The notes: generated by a model not told the origin, from the letters alone. DNA of 23,304 nucleotides from Amoebidium appalachense (GCA_963693365.1 CAVNZM010000060.1:1-23304), one strand, 5' to 3'. Shown: positions 1-11,965, counted from the first letter of the stretch. A program made the numbers and translations.

Positions 1-94
1 TGAAAAATCGTGAAGTTTTTTTTTATTGTTTTCTCAGTATGCCGTGCATACTTGCATATCTTTCCGTCGAATAAATCCAGTCAAAAGAAAAAGA

Positions 95-982
95 TAGATG
101 GGTCTACAGGCCACACAATAGGTTTCTGAGCGGGGGCCCTATCTTTAAACAGTTCCGAGAAATACTTATCAGAGTCTATGAGGGGGTCTCCAGTGGTATC
201 ACCAATAATACGAGCGGGGGGGCCAAATCGATTCATACTAGCAAGCCGGCGCAAGCTTTCCTTTTGAGACAGGGGTTCACCTAGTCTAGCGGGAGTGGTG
301 TTTGGTAGAAGAGAGCATCGGGATATTCCTTCCTACCACCACCAGCATAATCACCGAGATCTATTAAATCATCAACAATAAAGTTAGTGCATGTATCCAG
401 TACGAGATGTGAATCTGGTCTGGCTTGTGCAGATTCTAATAGGCGCATATATATTTAAAGGGTGTTTCGTTGCATAGCATACACATACATCAACTCTACC
501 CCACTGTGACTTAAGCTGGGATAGACGGAGGCGAAAGGTGGGAGGAGGAGGGGGGAGCAGATCAAGGGAGATCTTAGGCAGGAAAAGGATAGCCGAGAGT
601 GGTCAGATGACCTAGAGAGGTTAGGAGGGAGAGAGAGTTTTGACATGGTTGATGGCCAAAAGGCCACTCCCCAGTCGGTGTTGTGGGCATGGGATATTTG
701 AGGGAACCGCAAAGTGTGACTTTGGACATACCTTGCTAAAGGGATAGCACGCTCCGGGGGCTTAGATGGGTACCCGACACTCACTTGCAGTGTGTCTGTG
801 TGGTGGAGTCGCGTGTTAAAATCACCTAAAATAACAGTGGACATTGGTAACTGTAACAACTTGTGAGTCAATTCGGCAACTGACATAGATGGTGGGAAAT
901 ATACAAACGTAAAAACATTAGAAAGAAACTCTATAGAAACCGAGAATTCCGTTTTTGCTACCGGTTTGCACTTCACTCTCAC
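95..982 (-). pseudogene. Degenerate non-LTR retrotransposon (LINE) ORF2 fragment: APE-type endonuclease plus start of the linker, frameshifted and truncated before any RT domain
   Basis: ORF 455-982(-) carries VYFPP, VILGDFN and SSDH, the ordered motifs of the exonuclease-endonuclease-phosphatase fold. Coding-like sequence continues in shifted frames (TFRLRLSQLK; ...DKYFSELF...) down to about nt 95. No RT motif seen. Confidence 0.75.
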
Positions 983-1042
983 GTGTGGCGCGGTGCCTCG
1001 GTTTTTCGCGTATATACAATAGTATACCCGCGGGCCGGCGAA

Positions 1043-1127
1043 TCAGGAAGTTGTGGCTGGCTCGGGAAGTAGCCGAGCCGGTTCGGGAAGTAACCGGCCC
1101 GTTTCGTGCGTTTTTGGCTCAGGAAGT
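1043..1127 (+). promoter_or_regulatory. Cluster of four TC(A/G)GGAAGT motifs in a CpG-rich patch; possible regulatory sites
   Basis: Copies start at 1043, 1062, 1083 and 1119. Function is inferred only. Confidence 0.3.
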
Positions 1128-2097
1128 GCACTCCGAGAATCGAATCAAGTTGAGGCTGAGCGGATCAACTCATTTCCGATTGGTCAAACTTACGCTATTT
1201 TGAGCTAGGCAAATTCCCTTTCTTACATAGATAGATAAAAGCCCAAGAGGTATTCTATAACTTCGACAGCTAACACAACCAAGCAGACTTACAAACAGCT
1301 TTATTTTTTATAAAAACCAAAAATAAATTGAAACATATCAAATGTGGGTGTGTGGATTGCGTTGTGCGTACGAGTTGTGGGGGCACTTGCGCGTGTGTGG
1401 AGAATTTTATTCTTTGCCGCTGGATTTATTCAACAAGTATGCACGGCATACCGTTGGGCATACTTAGTAAGTTAGGAGGCAATAAAAACTTCACGAGTTA
1501 TCACATGTAGCATGCAATTGCCGCTGAGATACGTGTACCTGAACACTGTGTGAAAATCATATAGATATTCAATGTGACAAACAACAGAATTCAACAAAAA
1601 GTCTCAAGTGCTCACATTGCCAGCCAGTGTACCTAGCAGACACCCGTAGGGAAAGAGGCAAAACGCGACATAAAAAACTCACACCTATGTATGTGTCATA
1701 CCTTCGACTCAGTGAAAAAGTTCGATCAGCAGCAAACTTTGCATGTGTCACGTGCACCAACGGCGATGGAAACAAGAATTACGGCCCAGTGCGTGTTATT
1801 GTGTTTCGGTGTATGTAAATGTGAAGGGGAGAGAACCGTTACATATAAGTACCTTTAGGGAGGTTAGTGGTTATTTCTTGCTCATGTCCGGGGTTCTGTG
1901 TGACTGCGTGTGCTCTTATAAGTTCCCTAAAGTTTCATGTGTGGTTTTTACACGCCCTGTAAAACCTAACTAGAACATTCCAAAGGATAAACCAGACCGG
2001 GCAACATATACACACCCGAGTGTGTAGTGCGTCTATTATTCACGTGGTCTGGAATACACTACACACACAAGAAAGCTTTGGTTAGTGGTTCGTGAAC

Positions 2098-2449
2098 ATG
2101 GGCCGGATCCTCTTCAGCGCGGCTGTGCTTGGCGCAGTCAGCGTGCAGGTGCAGGGCCTCTTTCTGTTCAAGAAACCAGCTGCAGCCAAACCACCCGCAG
2201 CAATCGAGTACGCTGATGCCACCACCTTCCCTGCCCCCAAGGGATACCGCTGCATTGATGACCAGCCTGCCGGCAACCTCATCAAACCATACACAGATCA
2301 GCCCTCGGCAGATGCCTGCCAGACAAGGTGCCGTGAAACGGCCGGCTGTGGATTCTACACCTACTACCCCGGGTCCAAATGGTGCAACACGTACAAAACA
2401 TGCAGCCGCCTGTTCACAGAGGGTGTGGATGTCACCGCCTACAAAATGT
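2098..2449 (+). CDS. Exon 1: signal peptide + PAN/Apple-like domain type A (copy A1)
   Basis: MGRILFSAAVLGAVSVQVQG is a hydrophobic leader. Six Cys follow, with core CQTRCRETAGCGFYTYYPGSKWC (C-x3-C-x5-C-x2-aromatic-T-Y...C). Donor GTAAGT at 2450. Confidence 0.88.
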
Positions 2450-4603
2450 GTAAGTACTTTTCCTGACTCCCAGTGATCTAGGCTACAGTAAACTGCCCTA
2501 AATGGTTGGCGCGTTAAATCGGCCCAGTCATCTAGGCTACTGTAAACTGCCCTAAACGGCTGGCGCGTTAAATCGGCTCTATGTTGTCGGCTAGGCATAG
2601 CAGGAACACTTGGCACTTCGTTCGATATAATATTCCTAAATTCGAAATCAGATGGGCATCTCCTTTCGTCCTCTTGTCCCGGAAGTGCATATCATACATC
2701 GTACACGATACCAACACCATATCCCGGTGTTCAGCTTGTAAACATCCCCCCCCCCCCCCCCCCCCCTCCCCTCCTCCCCCTCCCCCTCCCCTCAAACACA
2801 AACACCCTGTGAAGTCTTCCTCCTTTGCCGATCTCCTTCCCATTTCCTATGCGTTCAATGTGGCTTTGAGGGACTTAACCTAAGTGCATACTAATGCAGT
2901 TTTATATGTGGCACAAAAGTTCAATTAAAAGACCAAGAGTGTCCTGACTAAATTAATTTCCACCCTAATTTTTCACAGACCCCGTGCGACCAGCAGACCC
3001 AGGTGAGCATCCCCTGTACATCCCCGCCCCCCTCCCCCCTCCCCCTTCAATAAAATACGAACTTTTTGTTCTCTGCCACCACCGTACTGGCCTAACAGTA
3101 TGTCAATGAGCTTCAAGCTTTGTGGCACACACATGCACACACATGCGCACGCATACATGAATTTTGTACCCACATCATAATCGCTCTTTTTGTTCTCTGC
3201 CACTACCGTACTGGCCTAACCACCACCGTACTGGCCTAACCGTATTTCAATGAGCCTCAAGCTTTGTGGCACACACGTGCACACACATGCACACGCATAC
3301 ATGAATTTTGCACCCACATCATAATCGCTCTCTCTCTCTCTCTCTCTCTCTCCCCCCCCCCCTCCCTCCCCCCCCCCCCCTCTCTCTCTCCCCCCCCCTC
3401 GCTCTCCCTCTCTTTCTCCCCCCTCCCCCCCCCCCCCCCCCCCCCCTCCCACCACCACCACCACACAAACACACGCGCACACATGCACATGCACACGCAC
3501 ATGTGAACATACAGGCTACCAGCCGCACATCCGGCCCGGGAATGGTCTGAAATGCGTTGACGGAAACGGTGCGTTGTTCGATGCCCCGCATGGTCTGGGA
3601 ACTGTCGCAGACGTTTCCAAGTGTTATGAGGCTTGCCGTAGTCGTGCGGGATGCACCCATTTCACCTATTACTACACTTCCAAGTGGTGCAGTCTTTACT
3701 CGAAGTGCGAGGGAACGGAGCCTGCAGGGGATGGCGGTGAGACATTTGCACTTGTTGGTGAGTAAAACTTGACTGGAAACTGGAAAGAAGTTGTTTCTTT
3801 TTTCTTTCCTCTTTTGCTTTCTTTTTTCTCTTTTCTTCCAGTCTAGTTTCTTCTCGCGAATTGAAAGAAATCACTTTCTTTTTACTTTCTTTTTTCTTTC
3901 CTTTTTCTTTCCTTTTTCTTTCCTTTTTCTTTTCTTTTTCTTTCTGTGAGTTCAGCGGTACATGTGCGTATATTGTCTGGCTCGCACAACCAACTTCTAA
4001 GTTTTAATGCCCTCTCGAAGGATCAATGTGGTTGCGTTTTTAGTCATAAACTCATGCAATCGTTTTGCTCTAAATTATGAGGTATAAAGATAACTTGAAT
4101 TATTCTTACCTACTTTTCCATGAATACTAATGCAGTTTTGAATTATTCTTACCTACTTTGCCTACCATGAATACTAATGCAGTTTTATATGTGGCACAAA
4201 AGTTCAATTAAAAGACCAAGAGTGTCCTGACTAATATTTCCACCCTAATTTTTCACAGACCCCGTGCGACCAGCAGATCCAGGTGAGCATCCCCTGTACA
4301 TCCCCGCCCCCCTCCCCCCTCCCCCTTCAATAAAATACGAACTTTTTGTTCTCTGCCACCACCGTACTCGCCTAACCGTATGTCAATGAGCCTCAGGCTT
4401 TGTGGCACACACATTCACACACATGCACACGCATACATGAATTTTGTACCCACATCATAATCGCTCTTTTTGTTCTCTGCCACCACCGTACTGGCCTAAC
4501 CACCACGTACTGGCCTAACCGTATTTCAATGAGCCTCAAGCTTTGTGGCACACACATGCACACACATGCACACGCATACATGAATTTTGCACCCACATCA
4601 TAA

Positions 4604-4653
<50 letters not shown>

Positions 4654-5878
4654 CCCCCTCCCCCCCCACCCCCCCTCTCTCTCTCCCCCCCCCTCGCTCT
4701 CCCTCTCCCTCTCCCCCCCCTCCCCCCCCCCTCCCCTCCCACCACCACCACCACACAAACACACGCGCACACATGCACACGCACACGCACATGTGAACAT
4801 ACAGGCTACCAGCCGCACATCCGGCCCGGGAATGGTCTGAAATGCTTTGACGGAAACGGTGCGTTGTTCGATGCCCCGCATGGTCTGGGAACTGTCGCAG
4901 ACGTTTCCAAGTGTTATGAGGCTTGCCGTAGTCGTGCGGGATGCACCCATTTCACCTATTACTACACTTCCAAGTGGTGCAGTCTTTACTCGAAGTGCGA
5001 GGGAACGGAGCCTGCAGGGGATGGCGGTCAGACATTTGCACTTGTTGGTGAGTAAAACTTGACTGGAAACTGGAAAGAAGTTGTTTCTTTTTTCTTTCCT
5101 CTTTTGCTTTCTTTTTTCTCTTTTCTTCCAGTCTAGTTTCTTCTCGCGAATTGAAAGAAATCACTTTCTTTTTTCTTTCCTTTTTCTTTCCTTTTTCTTT
5201 CCTTTTTCTTTCTGTGAGTTCAGCGGTACATGTGCGTATATTGTCTGGCTCGCACAACCAACTTGTAAGTTTTAATGCCCTATCGAAGGATCAATGTGGT
5301 TGCGTTTTTAGTCATAAACTCATGCAATCGTTTTGCTCTAAATTATGAGGTATAAAGATAACTTGAATTATTCTTACCTACTTTGCCATGAATACTAATG
5401 CAGTTTTGAATTATTCTTACCTACTTTGCCTACCATGAATACTAATGCAGTTTTATATGTGGCACAAAAGTTCAATTAAAAGACCAAGAGTGTCCTGACT
5501 AATATTTCCACCCTAATTTTTCACAGACCCCGTGCGACCAGCAGACCCAGGTGAGCATCCCCTGTACATCCCCGCCCCCCCTCCCCCCCCTCCCCCTTCA
5601 ATAAAATACGAACTTTTTGTTCTCTGCCACCACCGTACTGGCCTAACCGTATGTCAATGAGCCTCAGGCTTTGTGGCACACACATTCACACACATGCACA
5701 CGCATACATGAATTTTGTACCCACATCATAATCGCTCTTTTTGTTCTCTGCCACCACCGTACTGGCCTAACCACCACCGTACTGGCCTAACCGTATTTCA
5801 ATGAGCCTCAAGCTTTGTGGCACACACATGCACACACATGCACACGCATACATGAATTTTGCACCCACATCATAATCG

Positions 5879-5924
<46 letters not shown>

Positions 5925-7158
5925 TCCCCTCCCCCCACCCCCCTCTCTCTCTCCCCCCCTCGCTCTCCCTCTCCCTCTCCCCCCCCCCCTCCCCCCCCCC
6001 CCCCCCCCTCCCACCACCACCACCACACAAACACACGCGCACACATGCACACGCACACGCACATGTGAACATACAGGCTACCAGCCGCACATCCGGCCCG
6101 GGAATGGTCTGAAATGCTTTGACGGAAACGGTGCGTTGTTCGATGCCCCGCATGGTCTGGGAACTGTCGCAGACGTTTCCAAGTGTTATGAGGCTTGCCG
6201 TAGTCGTGCGGGATGCACCCATTTCACCTATTACTACACTTCCAAGTGGTGCAGTCTTTACTCGAAGTGCGAGGGAACGGAGCCTGCAGGGGATGGCGGT
6301 CAGACATTTGCACTTGTTGGTGAGTAAAACTTGACTGGAAACTGGAAAGAAGTTGTTTCTTTTTTCTTTCCTCTTTTGCTTTCTTTTTTCTCTTTTCTTC
6401 CAGTCTAGTTTCTTCTCGCGAATTGAAAGAAATCACTTTCTTTTTACTTTCTTTTTTCTTTCCTTTTTCTTTCCTTTTTCTTTTCTTTTTCTTTCTGTGA
6501 GTTCAGCGGTACATGTGCGTATATTGTCTGGCTCGCACAACCAACTTGTAAGTTTTAATGCCCTCTCGAAGGATCAATGTGGTTGCGTTTTTAGTCATAA
6601 ACTCATGCAATCGTTTTGCTCTAAATTATGAGGTATAAAGATAACTTGAATTATTCTTACCTACTTTGCCATGAATACTAATGCAGTTTTGAATTATTCT
6701 TACCTACTTTGCCTACCATGAATACTAATGCAGTTTTATATGTGGCACAAAAGTTCAATTAAAAGACCAAGAGTGTCCTGACTAATATTTCCACCCTAAT
6801 TTTTCACAGACCCCGTGCGACCAGCAGACCCAGGTGAGCATCCCCTGTACATCCCCGCCCCCCCTCCCCCCCCTCCCCCTTCAATAAAATACGAACTTTT
6901 TGTTCTCTGCCACCACCGTACTGGCCTAACCGTATGTCAATGAGCCTCAGGCTTTGTGGCACACACATTCACACACATGCACACGCATACATGAATTTTG
7001 TACCCACATCATAATCGCTCTTTTTGTTCTCTGCCACCACCGTACTGGCCTAACCACCACCGTACTGGCCTAACCGTATTTCAATGAGCCTCAAGCTTTG
7101 TGGCACACACATGCACACACATGCACACGCATACATGAATTTTGCACCCACATCATAA

Positions 7159-7206
<48 letters not shown>

Positions 7207-10200
7207 CCCCCCCCCCCCCCCCCCCCCTCTCTCTCTCTCCCCCCTCGCTCTCCCTCTCCCTCTCCCCCTCCCCCCCCCCCCCCCCTCCCCTCCCACCACC
7301 ACCACCACACAAACACACGCGCACACGTGCACACGCACACGCACATGTGAACATACAGGCTACCAGCCGCACATCCGGCCCGGGAATGGTCTGAAATGCT
7401 TTGACGGAAACGGTGCGTTGTTCGATGCCCCGCATGGTCTGGGAACTGTCGCAGACGTTTCCAAGTGTTATGAGGCTTGCCGTAGTCGTGCGGGATGCAC
7501 CCATTTCACCTATTACTACACTTCCAAGTGGTGCAGTCTTTACTCGAAGTGCGAGGGAACGGAGCCTGCAGGGGATGGCGGTCAGACATTTGCACTTGTT
7601 GGTGAGTAAAACTTGACTGGAAACTCGAAAGAAGTTGTTTCTTTTTTCTTTCCTCTTTCGCTTTCTTTTTTCTCTTTTCTTCCAGTCTAGTTTCTTCTCG
7701 CGAATTGAAAGAAATCACTTTCTTTTTACTTTCTTTTTTTTTTCCTTTTTCTTTCCTTTTTCTTTCTGTGAGTTCAGCGGAAACTGGAAAGAAGTTGTTT
7801 CTTTTTTCTTTCCTCTTTCGCTTTCTTTTCTTTCTCTTTTCTTCCAGTCTAGTTTCTTCTCGCGAATCGAAAGAAATCACTTTCTTTTTTCTTTCCTTTT
7901 TCTTTCCTTTTTCTTTCCTTTTTCTTTCTTTTTTCTTTCCTTTTTCTTTCCTTTTTCTTTCTGTGAGTTCAGCGGTACATGTGCGTATATTGTCTGGCTC
8001 GCACAACCAACTTGTAAGTTTTAATGCCCTCTCGAAGGATCAATGTGGTTGCGTTTTTAGTCATAAACTCATCCAATCGTTTTGCTCTAAATTATGAGGT
8101 ATAAAGATAACTTGAATTATTCTTACCTACTTTGCCATGAATACTAATGCAGTTTTAATTTATTCTTACCTACTTTGCCTACCATGAATACTAATGCAGT
8201 TTTATATGTGGACAAAAGTTCAATTAAAAGACCAAGAGTGTCCTGACTAATATTTCCACCCTAATTTTTCACAGAATCACGAGTTGTGTAGTCTGTTATT
8301 GGTCGTTGTGGGATAACTGCCACTTCCCGATGATACATACAGCCAAAATATTTGGCTGCAGGAGGCCTGACTGCCGCAAGCTTCAAGCCGGCCACCAATA
8401 CCATAACAATGAGACATGGGGTGACTTCATACTGTCGAAAGCATTTTTAACCAACCAACCCCCCGACCACCCCCAGCAGCCAACCCACCCGCAGCAATCA
8501 ACTTCGTCGATGCCACCACCTTCCCTGCCGCCAAGGGATACCGCTGCATTGATGGCCAGCCTGCCGGCAACCTCATCAAACCATACACAGATCAGCCCTC
8601 GGCAGATGCCTGCCAGACAAGGTGCCGTGAAACGGCCGGCTGTGGATTCTACACCTACTACCCCGGGTCCAAATGGTGCAACACGTACAAAACATGCAGC
8701 CGCCTGTTCACAGAGGGTGTGGATGTCACCGCCTACAAAATGCGTAAGTACTCTTCCTGACTCCCAGTGATCTAGGCTACTGTAAACTGCCCTAAACGGC
8801 TGGCGCGTTAAATCGGCTCTATGTTGCCGGCTAGGCATAGCAGGAACACTTGGCACTTCGTTCGATATAATATTCCTAAATTCGAAATCAGATGGGCATC
8901 TCCTTTCGTCCTCTTGTCCTGGAAGTGCATATCATACATCGTACACGATACCAACACCATATCCCGGTGTTCAGCTTGTCAACATCCCCCCCCCCCCCCC
9001 CCCCCCTCCTCCCGCTCCCCCTCCCCTCAAACACAAACACCCTGTGAAGTCTTATCACGAGTTGTGTAGTCTGGTATTGGTCGTTGTGGGATAACTGCCA
9101 CTTCCCGATGATACATACAGCCAAAATATTTGGCTGCAGGAGGCCTGACTGCCGCAAGCTTCAAGCCGGCCACCAATACCATGACAATGAGACATCGGGT
9201 GACTTCATACTGTCGAAAGCATTTTTAACCAACCAACCCCCCCACCACCCCCAGCAGCCAACCCACCCGCAGCGATCAACTTCGTTGATGCCACCACCTT
9301 CCCTGCCCCCAAGGGATACCGCTGCATTGATGACCAGCCTGCCGGCAACCTCATCAAACCATACACAGATCAGCCCTCGGCAGATGCCTGCCAGACAAGG
9401 TGCCGTGAAACGGCCGGCTGTGGATTCTACACCTACTACCCCGGGTACAAATGGTGCAACACGTACAAAACATGCAGCCGCCTGTTCACAGAGGGTGTGG
9501 ATGTCACCGCCTACAAAATGCGTAAGTACTCTTCCTGACTCCCCGTGATCTAGGCTACAGTAAACTGCCCTAAACGGCTGGCGCGTTAAATCGGCTCTAT
9601 GTTGCCGGCTAGGCATAGCAGGAACGCTTGGCACTTCGTTCGATATAATATTCCTAAATTCGAAATCAGATGGGCATCTCCTTTCGTCCTCTTGTCCTGG
9701 AAGTGCATATCATACATCGTACACGATACCAACACCATATCCCGGTGTTCAGCTTGTCAACCCCCCCTCCCCCTCCCCTCCTTCCCCTCCCCTCAAACAC
9801 AAACACAAACACGCTGTGAAGTCTTGTCACGAGTTGCGTAGTCTGGTATTGGTCGTTGTGGGATAACCGCCACTTCCCGATGATATATGCAGCCAAAAGT
9901 TTTGGCTACATGTATACAAAATGCGTAAGTACTTTTCCTGACTCCCAGTGATCTAGGCTACAGTAAACTGCTCTAAACGGCCAGCGTGTCAAATCGGTTC
10001 AATGTTGTCGGCCAGGCGTAGCAGGAATGTTTGGAATACATTGCAATGCACATGCTTAGTCAGGATGAAGGTGTAGTCAGGATGAAGGTGTAGTCTTTTT
10101 GTAACTTATTATGGCTCGCCTTATAAGTTATTGGTCGCCACTCGTACATGATACAAAAGTAGGCCAATCTCCTTCCCATTTCCTATGCGTTCAATGTGGC

Positions 10201-11934
10201 TTTGAGGGACTTAACCTAAGTGCAGGTTTATTTTCAAGGAATGTCATAAACATGTAAGCCACGGGGTAGAAAACTAAACCCATACACCCACAGCTGCAGG
10301 CGATGAGCCGGCCGATGGAACTATGACCATTGTGATTGTCGATGCCAGCGGCAAGCCCTTACCCAACCTGCCGGTCCAGATCATCGATGATGTCACCGGC
10401 AAGGTCATCGTCAAGCCCACCACCGATGCCAACGGCAAAATCACAATCACCGTCCCGCCCGGCAAGTACTCCGTTGTGCCCGTGTGGCCCCCCAACAAGC
10501 GCCCCCCCGCACCCAACGACAAGTTCACCATCGTGGTGGGGTCTGGGCAGAACAAACCATTCACTCAGACCTTCAGCATCCCGGAGGAGAACGGTTCGAT
10601 GACAATTGTGATCAAGGGCCCGGACGGCACACCGTTGGCAGATACGGACGTTGAAATTTACGACGAAGACAACAACCTTGTGGACGTGCAGACCACCGAC
10701 GCAGACGGCAAACTGACCATCGTAGTCAAGCCCGGCAAATACACCATTGTGCCCGTATATGCCAACGGCCAGAAGCCAGCCCCGCCCGACGACAAGTTCA
10801 CTGTGGTCGTGGGCCCCGGCAAGAACCCAGACTTCAGCCAAACGGTGGTGATTCAGACCACCGGCCGCATCCAGGGCACCATTTTCAACGACCTGAACAA
10901 GAACAACAAGGTGGATGCAGGCGAGGGCATTGCAAAGTCCATTGTGAGTCTGCTGCAGGGCGGAGTCAAGCTCAGCCCCGACCAGCAAACCTCCGCCACC
11001 GGGCAGTATGCATTCACCAACCTTAAGCCGGGCACGTACACGGTGGTGATTGCCAAGATCACAGGGTTCACACTGCCACCTGGTGCCGTCACAACAAAAG
11101 AAATCGTCGTGGCCTCTGGCAGCACATCCACGTTTGACTTCCGCATTCTTGGCAACCCTACCCCCACCACAGGTACAGTATGGTGCTTCACATATTATTC
11201 CTTTCGCAAAACAGTGTCTTGTTCACCTTCAACATGCCATTGGCAAAACTTGGTTGGGCTGCAGGTTCCTGGTATGACCTAGGGCCTATCATCATACAAC
11301 ATGCCATTGGCAAAACTTGGTTGGGCTGCAGGTTCCTGGTATGACCTAGGGCCTATCATAGTGACTGTGAATTACACGCACGCAATTGCAAGTCACCACG
11401 GCCTGACATGGCCAAGTGCTCTGTTGGACGAGTATATGGTGCGGGCACACACAAGTGCGTACACCAGCTTCAAGTGTACAGACCAGTAAGAACAAAGGGC
11501 AGAACGTTGCGCACGCTGACATGGAGACTTAAGACATCGTCCAGTCGTAGAAGAGGTTGCTCACGCTCATGCTGCACACACACAGGCTCTGTGGCCGGCA
11601 AGGTGTACCTGGACAACGACAACACGCGGACGTTTGGTGCCGGGGACGAATTGATTCCCGGCATCCCCGTCAGCCTGGTCAGCTCGACGGGCAAGGTGGT
11701 CGGGTCGACCACCACCAGCGCCCAGGGGGCCTTCTCGTTCCCCACGGTGGCTGCTGGCAGCTACACGGTCAAGGCCGATCTGTCGTCACGTGATGACGTG
11801 GCCAGCCCCCAGGCGGAGGGCGCCATCACCGTGAGGGACGGTGGCAAGATCACCCTAGACTTTGCCATCGAAGGTGCGTCTGGCCTGCCAAGGCATACTC
11901 TGCAATTGTCTTACGCCTCCCTCCCCTCTACTCC

Positions 11935-11965
<31 letters not shown>

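Larger units (their letters stand above)
1..1503. repeat. Dispersed inverted duplication: 1-82 is a degenerate reverse complement of about 1420-1503
   Basis: The reverse complement of 1-82 shares the colinear blocks CTGGATTTATTC, CAAGTATGCACGGCATAC, CAATAAAAA and ACTTCACGA with 1420-1497. Confidence 0.8.
2888..8275 (+). repeat. Tandem array of four near-identical ~1.28-kb cassettes (microexon + intron + PAN-B exon + intron) plus ~90 bp terminal redundancy
   Basis: Equivalent acceptors precede 2979, 4259, 5527, 6810 and 8275 (spacings 1280, 1268, 1283, 1465; the last includes an extra copy of the T/C-rich tract). Differences are mostly in (CT)n and poly-C lengths. Confidence 0.95.
8276..10030 (+). 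repeat. Tandem 778-bp PAN-A cassettes (two complete, third internally deleted), homologous to about 2183-2818
   Basis: TCACGAGTTG.GTAGTCTG recurs near 8277, 9056 and 9827. The third unit jumps from TTTGGCT (~9907) to TACAAAATGC|GTAAGT (~9915-9930). Confidence 0.92.

Noticed and set aside
2059-9634. Minus-strand and off-frame ORFs over the PAN exons (e.g. 2059-2616, 8306-8770, 8383-8856, 9084-9548)
   Set aside because: They are shadows of the spliced + strand frame and recur only because the DNA is duplicated.
2888-10030. Dscam-like mutually exclusive exon array or DGR-type template/variable repeat pair
   Set aside because: The copies are nearly identical and can all be spliced in series. 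There is no adenine-specific variation and no RT gene in the window.
10317-10860. Isopeptide-bonded pilin-type Cna-B domains or sortase anchoring
   Set aside because: No E-box (YxLxExxAPxGY) motif, no terminal-strand Asn pattern and no C-terminal LPXTG-TM-basic signal were seen.
10323-11282. 319-aa ORF as a stand-alone or contaminating bacterial gene
   Set aside because: It has no signal peptide of its own, an in-phase acceptor at 10293 and donor at 11173, and a C-terminus that runs into an intronic tandem repeat. It is better explained as an internal exon.
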